The notes below the pieces were generated by a model. That model saw only the letters and a list, made by a program, of their open reading frames with translations, had not been told where the DNA came from and ran no database searches. Made by a program: the position numbers and the translations under genes. A stretch of 64,000 nucleotides of DNA from Eledone cirrhosa (lineage: Eukaryota): assembly GCA_964016885.1 (NCBI GenBank), contig OZ024740.1:176700001-176764000 (forward strand), given 5' to 3'. Numbering within the stretch: the first letter of the stretch is position 1; every line of letters starts with the position of its first letter. This document shows positions 28,130 to 41,787 of this stretch, one piece after another.

Positions 28130-28545
28130 TCCTCATGGCAATGATGTATGCACATTGGCCAACAACGTGAACTGTTCTTTACTGGCCTACATAGTGTACA
28201 TTATATTGCATCTAATAAATACGGCAGATTTTTGCATCGGCAGACCTGTTCACGAACAAACCATCACAAGAGACTTTATAACCACGATATGATTGACTCT
28301 ACCAAAATCTCAGAATGGAATATTGGAAACTGGAGTATTAACGTGGCTATTTCTATAAGAAATATATTCCCCTATTAAAAAAAGAAAGATTTGTGCGACA
28401 CTAATTGGTTCATATGGCACTGTCAATAGGTATACGTTGCATCACATATCACAACAAATCAATATGAACCAAGGCGAAACTCTACATTTTCTCGTGATAA
28501 GGCCTATTTAAGGTGAAATATCGTAACATAAATAAAAACTGTAAG
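28130..28545 (+). mobile_element. Highly decayed Penelope GIY-YIG 3' end with a hammerhead relic
   Basis: Fragments IVY..FCIG / KRLYNH..ST.IS..W...PY...DLC parallel the 20892 ORF. GTGATAAGGCCTATTTAAGGTGAAATATCGTA resembles a mutated hammerhead core. Confidence 0.4.
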
Positions 28546-28577
28546 TATTTCTTATATTGATAGATAGATAAATAAAC

Positions 28578-28613
<36 letters not shown>

Positions 28614-29191
28614 AAGAGAGGGGGAGAGGGAGAGAGAGAGTTAGTTCCACAAATTAGCTAACCATATTCGCGGCCGCATGTTTCACCCAACGGATTTTCA
28701 ACTCAAGTGAGGTTGTGTATAATAGCTAACTTGATTCTACACATTGACGTCGGCGAAGGAGGCAACTCAAGTTAGACTGGTGAGGGAGACTATTTACGTT
28801 TGAGTTAGTTAATTCCGGGTAAGATTTATCCTGGGTCTTTGTAGTTACATAACATTTATTTTGCAGCGTGGGGGGTAACGATTAAAATAATCAGATCTTG
28901 TGTTGAGGCAAGTTCTATTACGTAATATCTGCAAGATATTTAGTCGTTCATCGATACACAGCCCACAAGACAAATGCCCATTTCCGTATGGCCTAGATTT
29001 GGTCAGAACTTTCAATTGAATGAAGTAATCGACGTCTATATCTTTGAGTGACCATATATGGCTTGCTAGCTTCGTGGATGATCTCTTATCCGATATTTTT
29101 CCCTACACTGTTAAAAATATAGGCAAAAAAGTTGAAAATACACACACACACACATATATATGTGTGTGTGTGTGTGTGTGTGTATTTTCAA

Positions 29192-29230
29192 CATACATAC
29201 ATACATACATACACACATACATACACACAC

Positions 29231-29261
<31 letters not shown>

Positions 29262-29409
29262 TACACACATACATACACATACATACATATATACACACAC
29301 ACATACATACATATCACATACATACACACACATGCATACATACATATATACATACACACATACATACACACATACATACATACACACATACACACATACA
29401 TACATACAT
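29192..29409. repeat. (ATAC)n/(AC)n microsatellite
   Basis: Seen directly. Confidence 0.95.
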
Positions 29410-30013
29410 GGTGGCTGCCAACTCGTTTTCGAGTACGGCCACTACTTTATATCCATGTAGGAGAACCCCTACCGATGCGCTAAACAAGTGTGACTTTTTA
29501 GTCCAACCAACGACTTGAAAACTCTGGTACAAACATTACACTTGTGACAATTGTTGACACATAGTGCTGGGCCCATTGTACCATGTGATGACAAGTGCAG
29601 AGAGATCTCCAGATATATAGCAATGCCTGTGCCCTGAAGCTTTTATAGTGAGCAAAGGCACTACACAAAGCCAGTCCCACTCTCTTAACCAAGATGATAT
29701 TTACCAAAAAGAAGAACAAGTCAACATCATTGGATACCATCAGAGTTGCAGGTGTTATATCAGAGTTTTCTTTCCCCTAGAATTCTGCCTTGACAAAGGC
29801 TAAGGGGTCATCTCTCCCGGTGATTTTGGATGGCCATTGACGCTTAAGAGCTCATTTGCCCTTTGACAGGTTTTGTTTTTGTCCTGCAGGATGTCCAAAG
29901 TCACCCTCCTCGCCAAGAAACCTTGGTGGGGTAGCCAGTTTAGTCGCCAACGACCCGACCATGAGACAGTTTGTACTGGGATACATGTTACCAGTAGCAT
30001 CAACTGGTGACCT
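29410..30013 (-). mobile_element. Short RTE-derived element (RTE-like 3' end plus putative RTE 5' UTR)
   Basis: The 3' end (CTCGAAAACGAGTTGGCAGCCACCATG and a zinc-finger relic CNVCTRVFKSLVGLKSHL) is homologous to the RTE end at 30421-30465/30670-30760. The 5' part has GGAAAGAAAACTCTGATATAACACC, resembling an RTE 5'-UTR motif. Confidence 0.55.
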
Positions 30014-30015
30014 GA

Positions 30016-30420
30016 CATACACACATACATACATACATACACTCACAAACATACATACACACATACATACACACATACATACACACACACATACATACAC
30101 ACATACAAACATACATACATACATACATACACACATACAAACATACATACATACATACACACATACATACATACATACACACATACACACATACATACAT
30201 ACACACACACATACATACATACAAACATACATACACGCATACATACATACACACATACATACATACACACATACACACATACACACATACATACATACAC
30301 ACACACATACATACATACAAACATACATACACACATACATACATACATACATACATACATACATACATACATACATACATACATACATACACACATACAC
30401 ACATACATACGTACATACCC
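30016..30420. repeat. (ATAC)n/(AC)n microsatellite
   Basis: Seen directly. Confidence 0.95.
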
Positions 30421-30483
30421 ACATGATGATGGCTGCCCCCTCGTTATCGAGTATGGCCATTGCACGAGAAAAAAAAAATATAT

Positions 30484-30522
<39 letters not shown>

Positions 30523-31578
30523 CACACACATACATATATATTAATAACAATAATAGTAATAACAACAATAATAATAACGACAACCACAACAATAATAATA
30601 TACATATATATATATATATATATACACACACAGGCACACACATAAACATATTTATACACACACACACGATAGCAACTAACAGTGCTGCGATCGAATGTGG
30701 CTTTTTAGTCCAGTCAATGATCTAAAATGTCTTGCACAGAGTCGACAACCAAAACATTCACTGGGAAAAGTCGGCTGAGGTTGGAGTTCATGTACTTTTG
30801 CATGTCGTTTGAGCCCTCCTGCTGATTTATATTCTCTACCACATGCTTGGCAAGCATGATGAGTAGCATCTCCAACAGCAGCCTGGTAGTCAACCACTGG
30901 TCTTACTTTATGACTGCGAAGATGACTTTCGAGTCCAGCTTTGCTTAGGCAGAGTCTCGCACAGACGCTGCATGTCAGCACCATAGGAGGACCCTCGCCG
31001 TCTGGAAGTGCAACAGCAATGCCCTTCTTCACATCCCGCTTTACTTTCTAGTATGCGATTCGAGATGCCTCAAAGGCAACTTTTCCCTCAGATACAGTCT
31101 TTCTCCATTTATTACGATCAGCAGCAATATTTTCCCATGTATCAGCAGAGACGTTAGCGTCTTTCAGAGAGGCTTTCAAGGAATCCTTATACCTCTTTTT
31201 TGGTTTATGTGGCGGTCGTTTTCCTTTAACCAACTCTCCATAAAAGAGTTGTTTTGGTATTCTAGAATCCTTCATCCTGGCAAGGTGACCACTCCAACGG
31301 AGTTGTTGCTTAAGCACAAGAGCTTCTATACTGTCACACAAAGAGCTTTCCAAAATCTCCACATCACTGATGTGGTCCCTCCAGTGAACGCCATGGATCC
31401 GTCTGAGACACATCTGATGGAAACGCTCCAATTACTTAAGGTGGTGTCGATATGTGACCCAGGTCTCGCAGGCATAAAGAAGACAAGAGAGCACACATGC
31501 CTTGTACACCTTTACCTTTGTCTTCTTGCATATGTCTCGCCGACCCCTGAGTCGCCTTTCTAGCTTTCCGAAAGCATC
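30421..31578 (-). mobile_element. 5'-truncated RTE-clade LINE with three C-terminal C2H2 zinc fingers
   Basis: AFGKL...TKVKVYKACVLSCLLYACETW, ERFHQMCLRRI, QLRWSGHLARM..SRIPKQLFYGEL, then CSVC..H..H, CQAC..H..H, CRLC..H..H. The 3' terminus at 30421-30465 is separated by a microsatellite insert (30470-30668). Confidence 0.9.
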
Positions 31579-31790
31579 ATACACACATACATACATACAT
31601 ACATACATACATACATACATACATACATACACACATACATACATACATACACACATACATACATACATACATACACACATACACACATACATACATACAT
31701 ACATACATACACACACACACATACATACATACACGCATACACACATGCATACACACATACATACATACATACATACATACATACATACAT

Positions 31791-31821
<31 letters not shown>

Positions 31822-32014
31822 TACATACATACATACAAACATACATACATACATACATACACACATACAAACATACATACATACATACACACATACATAC
31901 ACACACACATACATACACACATACATATATACATACATACATACACATACATACATACATACATACATACATACATACATACATACATACATACATACAC
32001 ACATACATACATAC
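31579..32014. repeat. (ATAC)n microsatellite
   Basis: Seen directly. Confidence 0.95.
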
Positions 32015-35000
32015 AGTCAACGCGATCAGTCGCATATTTTGGCGTGGGAGACTATTTATTAAATTTAAGATGAATACTATCTCCGACAGTAATGCCACAA
32101 CTACAGCCAGGTTGAATAACTGGTTATTCTTCTAACTATCCCTTCTGAAGACACCTTTTATTCGAATTCGTAGAGATATCCGACTAAATACATAATTCCT
32201 TTTACAAGGATTTGCTTCAAACAGCATGGCTGAACACAACATCAACAAAAAAATTAAGGAAGTATCGAAGACAAATAACAAAAAAGGTAATCAAACTTTA
32301 TTCAGTTGTAGCTACAGAAGAAACCGAAATTATAAATCGCATTTCTCTTGGAGTTGCGAACTTAATAATGATTTATTTAATTGTTATAAAATGGCAAAAA
32401 ACACTCCCTCCATTGGCTATATGAATAGAATGAAGCTACACTGGGACGAAATGCACCCAGAGCTAAATTATTTCACAGCGAAACAATTACGCCAACAAGC
32501 GACGTTTGTTGAACGTAAAAATAAGATAAATATTATTAATTGTAAGTCCCCCACAACAAACATGGAATCAACAACACGTGCTACAGATCGCCATGCTACT
32601 AGACTTCCTAGCAGCCAGGTCGAACAGCGCCTTGAAACAACTATGCTTGTAAGAAACTTGACACCACCTGTACCATCTAAGTCTACCTTGAATGCTGGGG
32701 AAAACACTATCGATAATAATAATAATCGAAGAAATAATAATAATAATCGAATAAATGTGACACCACGTATACCATCCGAGTCTACCTCGACTGTTGTGGA
32801 AAATACTATCGGTAATGATAATCAAAAGTATAAACAATTGAAAATTTCCCTCAAGGAAATCTTCCTGAGAGAAATTAACTCATGTATAAATATCTCTCTG
32901 GCTGAACGTGTTAAAATGACAATGGTGAATAAAAATCCAAATAATGAAATACTACGTGTTATTGACGAAATAGGGGATGAATATTTACGACGGATAAAAA
33001 CCCCAACATTTTGGCAAATCAACGCCTGTCTATATGCCTTAGCAATGATAGTGAAGCATTATCTTGGTGATAGCAGAGATATTAACAAGAACAAAACACC
33101 ACCAAAAATACCATCATATATAACTAAAATAGAAAAAAAGAGTGCTGACCTACGAAAAAACATAGGGCATGTGACAATGCTCCTTACATGCAAACAAACA
33201 CAACGAAAACTCACTCCTTACCAACAAGAGTGAAAAATAAAATAGAGACGATGTTTGGTAACAGTAGAACCAGAACTCTCCAAATAAGGTGATCACCCTC
33301 AAACAAGAATTGAGAGCTGTTAGCGAAAAACGCCGATACCTGAATAAGGTATATGAGAGAAAAATGCTTAATAAAAGATTCAGACGAAACCAAACATCAG
33401 TCTATAGAGATATCAAGGGCAAAATAATAAGTGTCACTGAGGCCCCATCCCAGAAAGACATAGATTCCTTTTGGAGAAAAATATGGGGTGAAAAGAAGAA
33501 TTTCAACCAAGATGCAGTGTGGCTAAGAGAAATCCGAAAGAAATATTGCTCCTACACTACAACAAAAACATACGAAATAAGTGAGGGTACCCTTGAGACT
33601 GTGATAGGAAAACTCCAAGATAAGAAAACACCAAGAAGAGACATGATTGTCGGCTACTGGTACAAAAAACTAATATTCTATCGGAGGTATCTTACTGACC
33701 TCTATCAACAAGTTCTTAAGGGAGATACACCTATACCTGAGTGGTAGACATTAGCACAAACGTTACTAGTCCCCAAGAACAAAGACACCCACTTGGCAAA
33801 AAACTACCGACCGACCCATTGCATGCCAGAACCTGATGTATAAGATGTATACAGCCTGCCTGAACCTATTCCTCCAAGATCACTGTGAAAATAATAACAT
33901 CATCACAGATGAACAAGCAGCTGGAAAGAAAAGGGTTTGGGGATGTGCTGAACAACTCCTAATCAATAAAACTGCTATGTCGGAGGTGCGACAACTTAGG
34001 AGGAATATGACTACAGTCTGGCTGGACTACAAGAAAGCTTTCGATTCTAATCCCCACCCTTGGATGATAGAGGCCCTCCAACTTGCTAAAGTCCCAGACA
34101 TTATTGTCAGAGCCATAGAGAGGCTGTCTTCTTCTTGGGCTACTATCCTAAGGTTAAAGACAGAGAGGGAGGACTTTATTTTCACTGATAAAATAAAATA
34201 TTGCACGGGTATATTTTAGGGGGACAGTCTTTCTGTGATATTGTTCATCTTGTCATTAAACCCCTTGTCCTTTCTGCTCAAGAAATGTGAGGGATACATC
34301 ATTGGCTCGCAGGAGGACAGAAATACGAACCTAACCCATAACTTCTTTGTGGACGATCTGAAACTCTATGCCAAGACATGGATGGGATGAAGAAAAATCT
34401 TGACCTGGTTACAACGTTCTGAAAGGATATAGGAATGGAGTTTGGCCAAGATAAATGCTCATACATGACTGTAAAGCGGGGAAAACAACAACCCAATCTA
34501 GCAACATTGTCATCAATGGTCTAACTGTTTCACCGATATCTGATGAGGACTGCTACAGATACCTGGGGATAGATGAGAACATATCCTATAATGGTATCTG
34601 TAATAAAGAACGCGTAACCAGGGAATACTACACCCTATTAAGAAAGATCTGGTCATCGGAACTCTCTGCGCAAAACAAAACAGTGGCTCACAATGTGTTT
34701 GCTGTGCCTGTCCTAACACCAACGTTTGGAATACTCAATTGGACGATAGACGAAATCCGAGCAGTTGATGTTGGAACTCGAAAAATACTGAACAACACCG
34801 GAAACTTCCACATCAACAGTGACATAGACCGCCTTTACTTGAAACGTAAGCAGGGAGGTAGCGGCTTAACATCAGTCCAGACAACATTTGAATGTCGCAT
34901 CATATCTCTCCGACAACATCTACGAACCTCGAAGCGTAGGAGCCCGCTTCTCGAGCAAGTCTATCTGCATGAAATAGATAAGATCATGAGAGTTGGGAAG

Positions 35001-36140
35001 GAACTCCTTGAGAGATATTCCCTGTGTGATAATCAAAAACTCACACCCAGGGATGTCGCTCAGCAGTATCGCAGTGAATCCATGGATGAAAAACTGCATG
35101 CCTATCAGCAAAAAATCATGCATGGATATGTTGCCAGGAAGCTCCAGAGTGAGAGTAATATAAATAACGAAATAGTCTATCTTGGACCAACAACCGCTAT
35201 ATTGGCCCCCACTTTGAAGGATACGTTTTTGCAATCCAAGAACAGGAGATTAACACGAAATACCTGATTCACAAAAGAGATAGGAATGCAGGCAAAACAC
35301 CTAGATGTGATAACAAGTGCAGACTCTGCAGAACTAACATCGAGGATATCACCCATGTCATCAGCAGCTGTCCAAAGATGTCATTGCGGTACTATCTACC
35401 TATGAGGCATGATGTAGTGGCCAAAACACTGTACAATGCAGTTCGTAAAAAAGATAGCCCCGATAATAAACACATTCAAAGCTACAACAATGTGGAAGAC
35501 ATCCATGTACATAATATGAAAGAGTACTGGTGGAATGTTCCAGTAAAAACCCCAATAAAATGCAGGCATAACAGACCAGATATTATGATATGGGACAGGG
35601 AGAAGAAAACATGCACAGTAGTGGAAATTAGCTGCCCAGCAGATGCAAATATAATATCAAAGATTAGTGAAAAGGAGAATATTTATGCAGAACTTATGAG
35701 AAATCTGCGGATACTCTACCCTGATTAGACCTTCAGATTTATGCCTGTGATTATTGGGGCACTGGGATATGTTAGTAACTGCACCAATACAAATCTTGAG
35801 AAGCTAGGCTTCACAGGAACAGAAAGAACACAACTAGTTAGGAAACTACAAGTACAATCCATTAATAGAACAGTAAAAATATGTAAAACATTCCAAAAAT
35901 GTTGCATCTAATAACTGCATATACACATGTACAGATACAAAGCATATACACATGCACACATACAACTCGAAACATACACATCCACACATACAATAACATC
36001 CACATCTACACATGCATGCATACATACATATCTACCTAGTTGATGTTGTGTAAATTCCAATGAGAGAGTCTTATGTCTATGTTAGAAACCGACTCTCTAT
36101 CTATTGGTAAAATTTTGTGAAATTATAAAACCAGAAGAAC
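32015..36140 (+). mobile_element. Near-full-length R4/Dong-type non-LTR retrotransposon with restriction-like endonuclease
   Basis: Single long, disrupted ORF with RT, CCHC and RLE domains, 5' and 3' UTRs, and (ATAC)n on both sides. Confidence 0.88.
32226..35911 (+). pseudogene. RT + CCHC + RLE polyprotein, disrupted by stops and frameshifts
   Basis: KNYRP, WLDYKKAFDS, GIF*GDSLS, FVDDLKLY, YRYLG, CRLC...HVISSC, RHDVV, RPDIMIWD..VVEISCP..K, KICKTF. Confidence 0.9.
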
Positions 36141-36180
36141 ATACATACATACACACATACATACATACATACATACCTAC

Positions 36181-36592
36181 ATTGCCACCAAATTAAAGCA
36201 CAACCGGCCTGATATTGTTGTGGAGATCAGCTGCCCACTTGATGTAAACGTTGTCAGAAAAATACAGGAGAAGGAGGACCTCTACGGACCATTGATGAGG
36301 AGTTTGCAAATCCAGTAACCAAGATACACCTTTAGCTTCATACCCATCATTATTGGAGCTACGGGTTATATACCAACCCGCTTGGACCAAAGTATGACTG
36401 AACTTGGATTTGCGGACAAAACGCGCAGCTCCCTAATTCATAGTCTACAAATGGCTGCGATAGCTGGCACCTTCAAAATTTGCAAAACATTCTTGCGATT
36501 CAAAGGATGACAATTTCTTTTCTTTTACAACCTTGCCACCAGGAAGGTGGCCGGTCAAAAATATATACTCGAAATTAAGAGAAAGAGATAAC
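36181..36592 (+). mobile_element. 3' fragment of a second R4-type family (RLE domain + 3' UTR)
   Basis: KHNRPDI..VVEISCPLDVNV..EKEDLYGPLMR..FIPIIIGATGY..GTFKICKTFLRF, diverged from the 32015 element and flanked by (ATAC)n. Confidence 0.85.
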
Positions 36593-36875
36593 ATACATAC
36601 AAACATACATACATACACACATACAAACATACATACATACATACACACATACATACATACACACACACATACACACATACACACACACATACATACACAC
36701 AAACACACATGCATACACACATACATACATACAAACATACATACACACATACATACATACATACAAACATACATACATACATACATACACACATACACAC
36801 ATACATACATGCACACACACACACATACATACACACACATACACACATACATACATACATACATACATACATGCA
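36593..36875. repeat. (ATAC)n/(AC)n microsatellite
   Basis: Seen directly. Confidence 0.95.
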
Positions 36876-37140
36876 TATATATAAGTAGGCACGTAGAGGG
36901 AATCGGAGATGGAATCTGAATAAAGAGTGCGATGAAAACTGTCTGAACATGAGATATGCTACCATCTTTCTTTATCTTATGTGAATCTTTTGCCTCGTGC
37001 CACGAAGTATATATTTCATGTATACCTGTTACAGTTTCATTATGATGTCTTTATTCATATATACATATATATGTGTGTGTGTTGCGTATGTGTGTTAGTG
37101 CGCACACGTGTGTGTACTTATTTATATAAAATATGTGTGC

Positions 37141-37180
<40 letters not shown>

Positions 37181-37185
<5 letters not shown>

Positions 37186-37311
37186 CGTCGAAACGGCTTG
37201 AGCTCTGCCGTCGGGGTCATACTTTTTCCTATTTCCCACTCTACTACCCTAAGTATTGAGTACTCTGGTGCGTTATGGTCCATCTGGTCCCTTACCACAA
37301 TTCCTTTGTTA
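37181..37311 (+). mobile_element. Family B module, single-arm form
   Basis: Matches 1755-1885 without the left hairpin arm, and lies within (TA)n. Confidence 0.8.
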
Positions 37312-37375
37312 TATATATATACACACATACATATATATCTATATATATAGGTGTGTGTATGTACATATATATATG

Positions 37376-37415
<40 letters not shown>

Positions 37416-37535
37416 CATATATATATGTACATACACACACCTATATATATAGATATATATGTATGTGTGTATCTATATTTATATATATATGCATGTATAT
37501 ACATTATATTTATATATATATGTATATATATATAA

Positions 37536-37571
<36 letters not shown>

Positions 37572-39002
37572 TAATTCTTCTATTGACCTAATTATCTAAT
37601 TTTCTTCTATACATACCTACCTCACTACTTAACTACTCACAGATCTCTATATAATTCTACTATTTACCCACATATCTATATGCCTCTCAATCTACCTACC
37701 CTTCTATCTACCTACTTAGATACTTCCGTACCTACATATATTCATACTATCCACCTTTTTTCATACATACTTACATACTTTTGAAACTATATATCGATCA
37801 AATTACCTTCATATACATATATACATGCATTCATGCATACATAATACATATATATATATACATATATACATGCATACGTGCATACACACGCACATACATA
37901 CATACATACATACATACATACATACATACATACATACATACATACATACATACATACATGCATGCATACATACATACATACATACATACATACATACATA
38001 CATACATACATACATACATACATACATACATACCTATATACATACATACCTTTCAATCTAATCACATATCGTGCTACCTACTTTTCTACCTGTTTTCTTA
38101 ACTATATAGCCACCAACATAACAAATAACCTACTTACCTACCTACCAATCTTCTTTCCTGAACTATTTACATACATACAGACTTAACTAAATTTCAACTA
38201 GTTCATATCTGGTATTTTTACTAGACTAAAAACAACACGCTTCTCTACCTATCTCTGATGATGTGACTTTTCCGAAACGTCAATTTCTTCTTTGCGATAC
38301 TTTAACTATTCTACATTTGCAGTTGTTGAATAATTTTTACAGGTAGTGGATTGTCACAATAGGTAGAGTGTCGGCGAAAATGCTTTGCGGAATTTTGCAC
38401 TTTATATTCAGGAGGTCGATAAAATAAAGTATATATAAAGTAGAGGAGTGCCAATGAAGAAAGAATTAGGGCGATGGATTGGAAAATTTGGTAGAGCGTC
38501 GGATAAAATACCATTGCTTTCGTCCTGAGTTGATAAAATAAATTACCACTCCCGTACTGGAATCGAAGTGATCGAATATTTCCTTCTGACAAAGTGTTGA
38601 CTTTGTGCTTAATTTTGATAGGGGTTATGGATGCAAGCGGCAGAAATGGGGTTTCTCCAAATGGTTCTTGGAGGAACATTACGCGATAGTGTGTGTAGTT
38701 CAGAGATCAGAGATTTGCTCCATGTTGAGAGGTAACTTCTCCGAATCGAGAGATCACAGTTCCGATACTAATGACATGACATTAGAATGTCTAAGGAAAT
38801 AATCACTGAAAATATTTTACGAGTAGAATAAACCGGTAGGAGACTTAGACGTAGCGGATCAAAGTTGTTGGTTAACATACATTAATTGGAATGGTCACGA
38901 TGAGGATCCAGTTGGATCAATTGGACACAGTCTGATGGATCCTCTTGCAAGGCAGACCTGATCACTCTGCACCCACGACGCACCTTGAAATAATAGTAAT
39001 AA

Positions 39003-39207
39003 TAATGATTTTTACTATAGGCACAAGGCCAGCAATTTTGGGGAGGGGAAAGTCGATTAAATCGACCCCAGTGACTGGTACTTTGCTGTATCGACTCTGT
39101 AAGGATGAAAGGCAAAGCTAACCTCGGCTGGATTTGAACTCAGAACATAAAGGGCAGTAACTCTATGCCACGAAGCAGGGTGTCCACCGCTCTACCGATA
39201 CTGCCAT
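39003..39207 (-). mobile_element. tRNA-derived SINE, long-tail variant
   Basis: Same as 23160-23378. Confidence 0.85.
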
Positions 39208-39219
39208 TATTAGTCAAAC

Positions 39220-39640
39220 AGGGCTTACATTAAGAGGAGAATAAGGACACACGGGCCCGGCTGACACTTCCATAACTATAAACTTTATCTCAAACTCCCA
39301 AAACTCCTCTGTAGCATTGCCATGCCAGGGATTTCTTGACGTTATCCATGGACCTTGGTCTGAAAGTCCTTTGGAAAAGAGTGACTAGTTGATTTTCGTC
39401 AACCCCTAGAGTCTTCTCAAGAATGTCGTCGTTTTACCCGCCAATATACCTCTATAGAAAGCTAAGGTGGAATTTCCCCCAATTGCACTGCCCGATTGGC
39501 CGAGGGATATGAGTGCTTGAAGACATTCCAGTTTCCAGGCGCTCCCTCTCAGTCTTCGCTTGACCCAGGGCTGCAGCTGTCAAGGAGATGAGCTGTGGAA
39601 AACTGCATTTAGCAAACGGTGGCCACACCTGTTCCCAGTT
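39220..39640 (-). mobile_element. L1/Tx1-like LINE ORF2 C-terminal fragment
   Basis: The minus frame reads LFQRTFRPRSMDNVKKSLAWQCYRGV, resembling the zf-RVT-proximal region. Confidence 0.5.
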
Positions 39641-41261
39641 GAGCTAAAGCAGTAATATAAGGCGTATCTCGGGCATTTTATTCTGACAGAGCCCTTCCTT
39701 CTCTAATTAGTACACAGTCGATTTCTTTCCGAATGAGAAAGAGTTATAAAGGAAGAATTAATCCCCAGTGTTAAAACGATACTGAAATGATGAACGGCAA
39801 AGTTGACAGCGGGCCAAAACAAATACCACGAAACATTATATACAACGTTGTAGTGAATTACTGTACATTTGTTAAAATATATGTAACATTGTTTCTTATT
39901 AACTAAATGATGGAGGTGTTGAACAAAACTCTTGCCTATTTTACATCATAAGTTCGAGTTCTGTGAGAGTCGACTTTGCTTTTGTGAGTCGTTCAGATAT
40001 ATAATTAAGAGTCAAATTCTGAAGTTGATAAGATAGTCTATAAAAATATATAACCAAATCTGTATTTAATCAAGCGATGGTGGTAGATTAGAAACCTTCA
40101 GTATTTAGTTCAAACTCCGCTAAAGTTGACTTTCCTTCTCCCTGAGTCGAAATATGTTTTTCCTAAAACCTTCTGATCAAGTACTGGGTGTGTTGCTAAA
40201 TATGTAGCCTTGTAGACTAAGTTAGTAATCATTAAATCGAGGTCGAGTTACAACGAAAATGTTTACAATGTTTGATAACCAAGACGCCAGAAAAAGAACG
40301 AAAAAAACAAAACAAAAAAAGAAACAAAAGGAAGAACGAATGAAAAAAAAAGAAAGAAAAAATGAAGTGAAAGCAAATAAATAAATAAACACTACAAAAA
40401 AAACAAAAAAAAAACTGATAAATTGTCAACCAATGATTGGTGAAGAATTTCTCTTGAGTTCGATATTAGTTTATCTGATGTTACCATTTATATTATTTGT
40501 AGTGTGAGATTAACTTTACATAGATAATATATACATACATTATGTATTTTGTCGTTCTTCATATCTTATATACCCCGATAACAAAGCACTTATAAGTGTG
40601 TATGTGTGATCCAGTTGTTTACTAGCTTGTTTATTTTATTTCGTTTTAGATTTGTTTTGTTTTGTCAGGGAGGGAAGAAAAAGGTATTTTCAAACTGATG
40701 ACCTGTCTCGAATACTTGCAACAGAGAAGACACCGCTAAAGACACTAAAGGACAAGGCGATGTTAAACCGGACGACGGATTATGTGAAACATTCATGTAA
40801 GCTGCAGCAGGATTTAGACTAAAAAAAAAAAAGACACTGAACAAACACCACAAGACATCTCGCCCGGCGCTCTAACATTTTCACGAATCCTTTGCTCTTG
40901 TGTTGTACCAACCCCGAAAGGATGAAAGACAAAGTTGACCTCGACCTGATTTTGACAGCAGTCCTAACACATAGTACAACGTATTTGTGTACGGTCTAAC
41001 TACTCTACCAATTCACTTTCAGATTTACTTCGCGTGAAGTAGTCTCAGGTTTGCAGATAACTATATTTCCAACACGGAAATTCAGCACAGATTATACATA
41101 AATATAAGCAAGACAATTGCGGCATTGTTCTACATCTTTCCAACTCAAATTGTGAAGTAATTATAGATATATCTTTTTTTTAATACTTTAATACTATAAG
41201 TGCGTTTTCAACTTATTTTCTTGTTATTTCCACCCGTGTAGAATAAAACAAAAAAACATTT

Positions 41262-41305
<44 letters not shown>

Positions 41306-41308
<3 letters not shown>

Positions 41309-41510
41309 CGAAGGAAATGTGGTAAGTAACCAGGTGGACTATAACGCACCAAAGTACTCAATACTTAGGGTAGTAGAGTGGGTAATAGGAACGAGTGGGA
41401 CCCCGATGGCTAATTCTGGAGTATATGAACATTTTTATCCACATTTTCATTTAGTCCAGAATTAGCCGTTTCGATGGCTTGAGCTCAGCCGTCGGGGTCC
41501 TACTCGTTCC

Positions 41511-41512
<2 letters not shown>
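41306..41512 (-). mobile_element. Family B module, reverse orientation, with nested fold-back
   Basis: Tail at 41306-41385, outer inverted repeat TAGGAACGAGT.GGACCCCGA / TCGGGGTCCTACTCGTTCCTA, inner repeat GGCTAATTCTGGA / TCCAGAATTAGCC. Confidence 0.8.
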
Positions 41513-41548
<36 letters not shown>

Positions 41549-41787
41549 ATATATAGGAAATGTTTTTTTTGAATTTTGGTCAAAAGCAGTGCAGGCATGC
41601 ATGACTGAGGTGTGATTTTGCTGTCATTCCTAAAGGCATCAACCACCATATATAGGTTCCAATTCAAATGAAAATGAGTGGAATTAGGCCGAATGAGTTC
41701 CAGATATATCGAATCTGCACAAGAAGTTGATTTACTAAACAAAGCACCCAGGTACGAACATGCTTATATCTATCCATATATATATAT

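Noticed and set aside
28780-28800. GGGAGACTATTTA shared with the R4 5' UTR at ~32046
   Set aside because: Only a 13-nt match with no further alignment visible.
38255-38281. CTGATGA...GAAACGTC hammerhead-like core
   Set aside because: Stems I and II do not pair, so at most a decayed relic.
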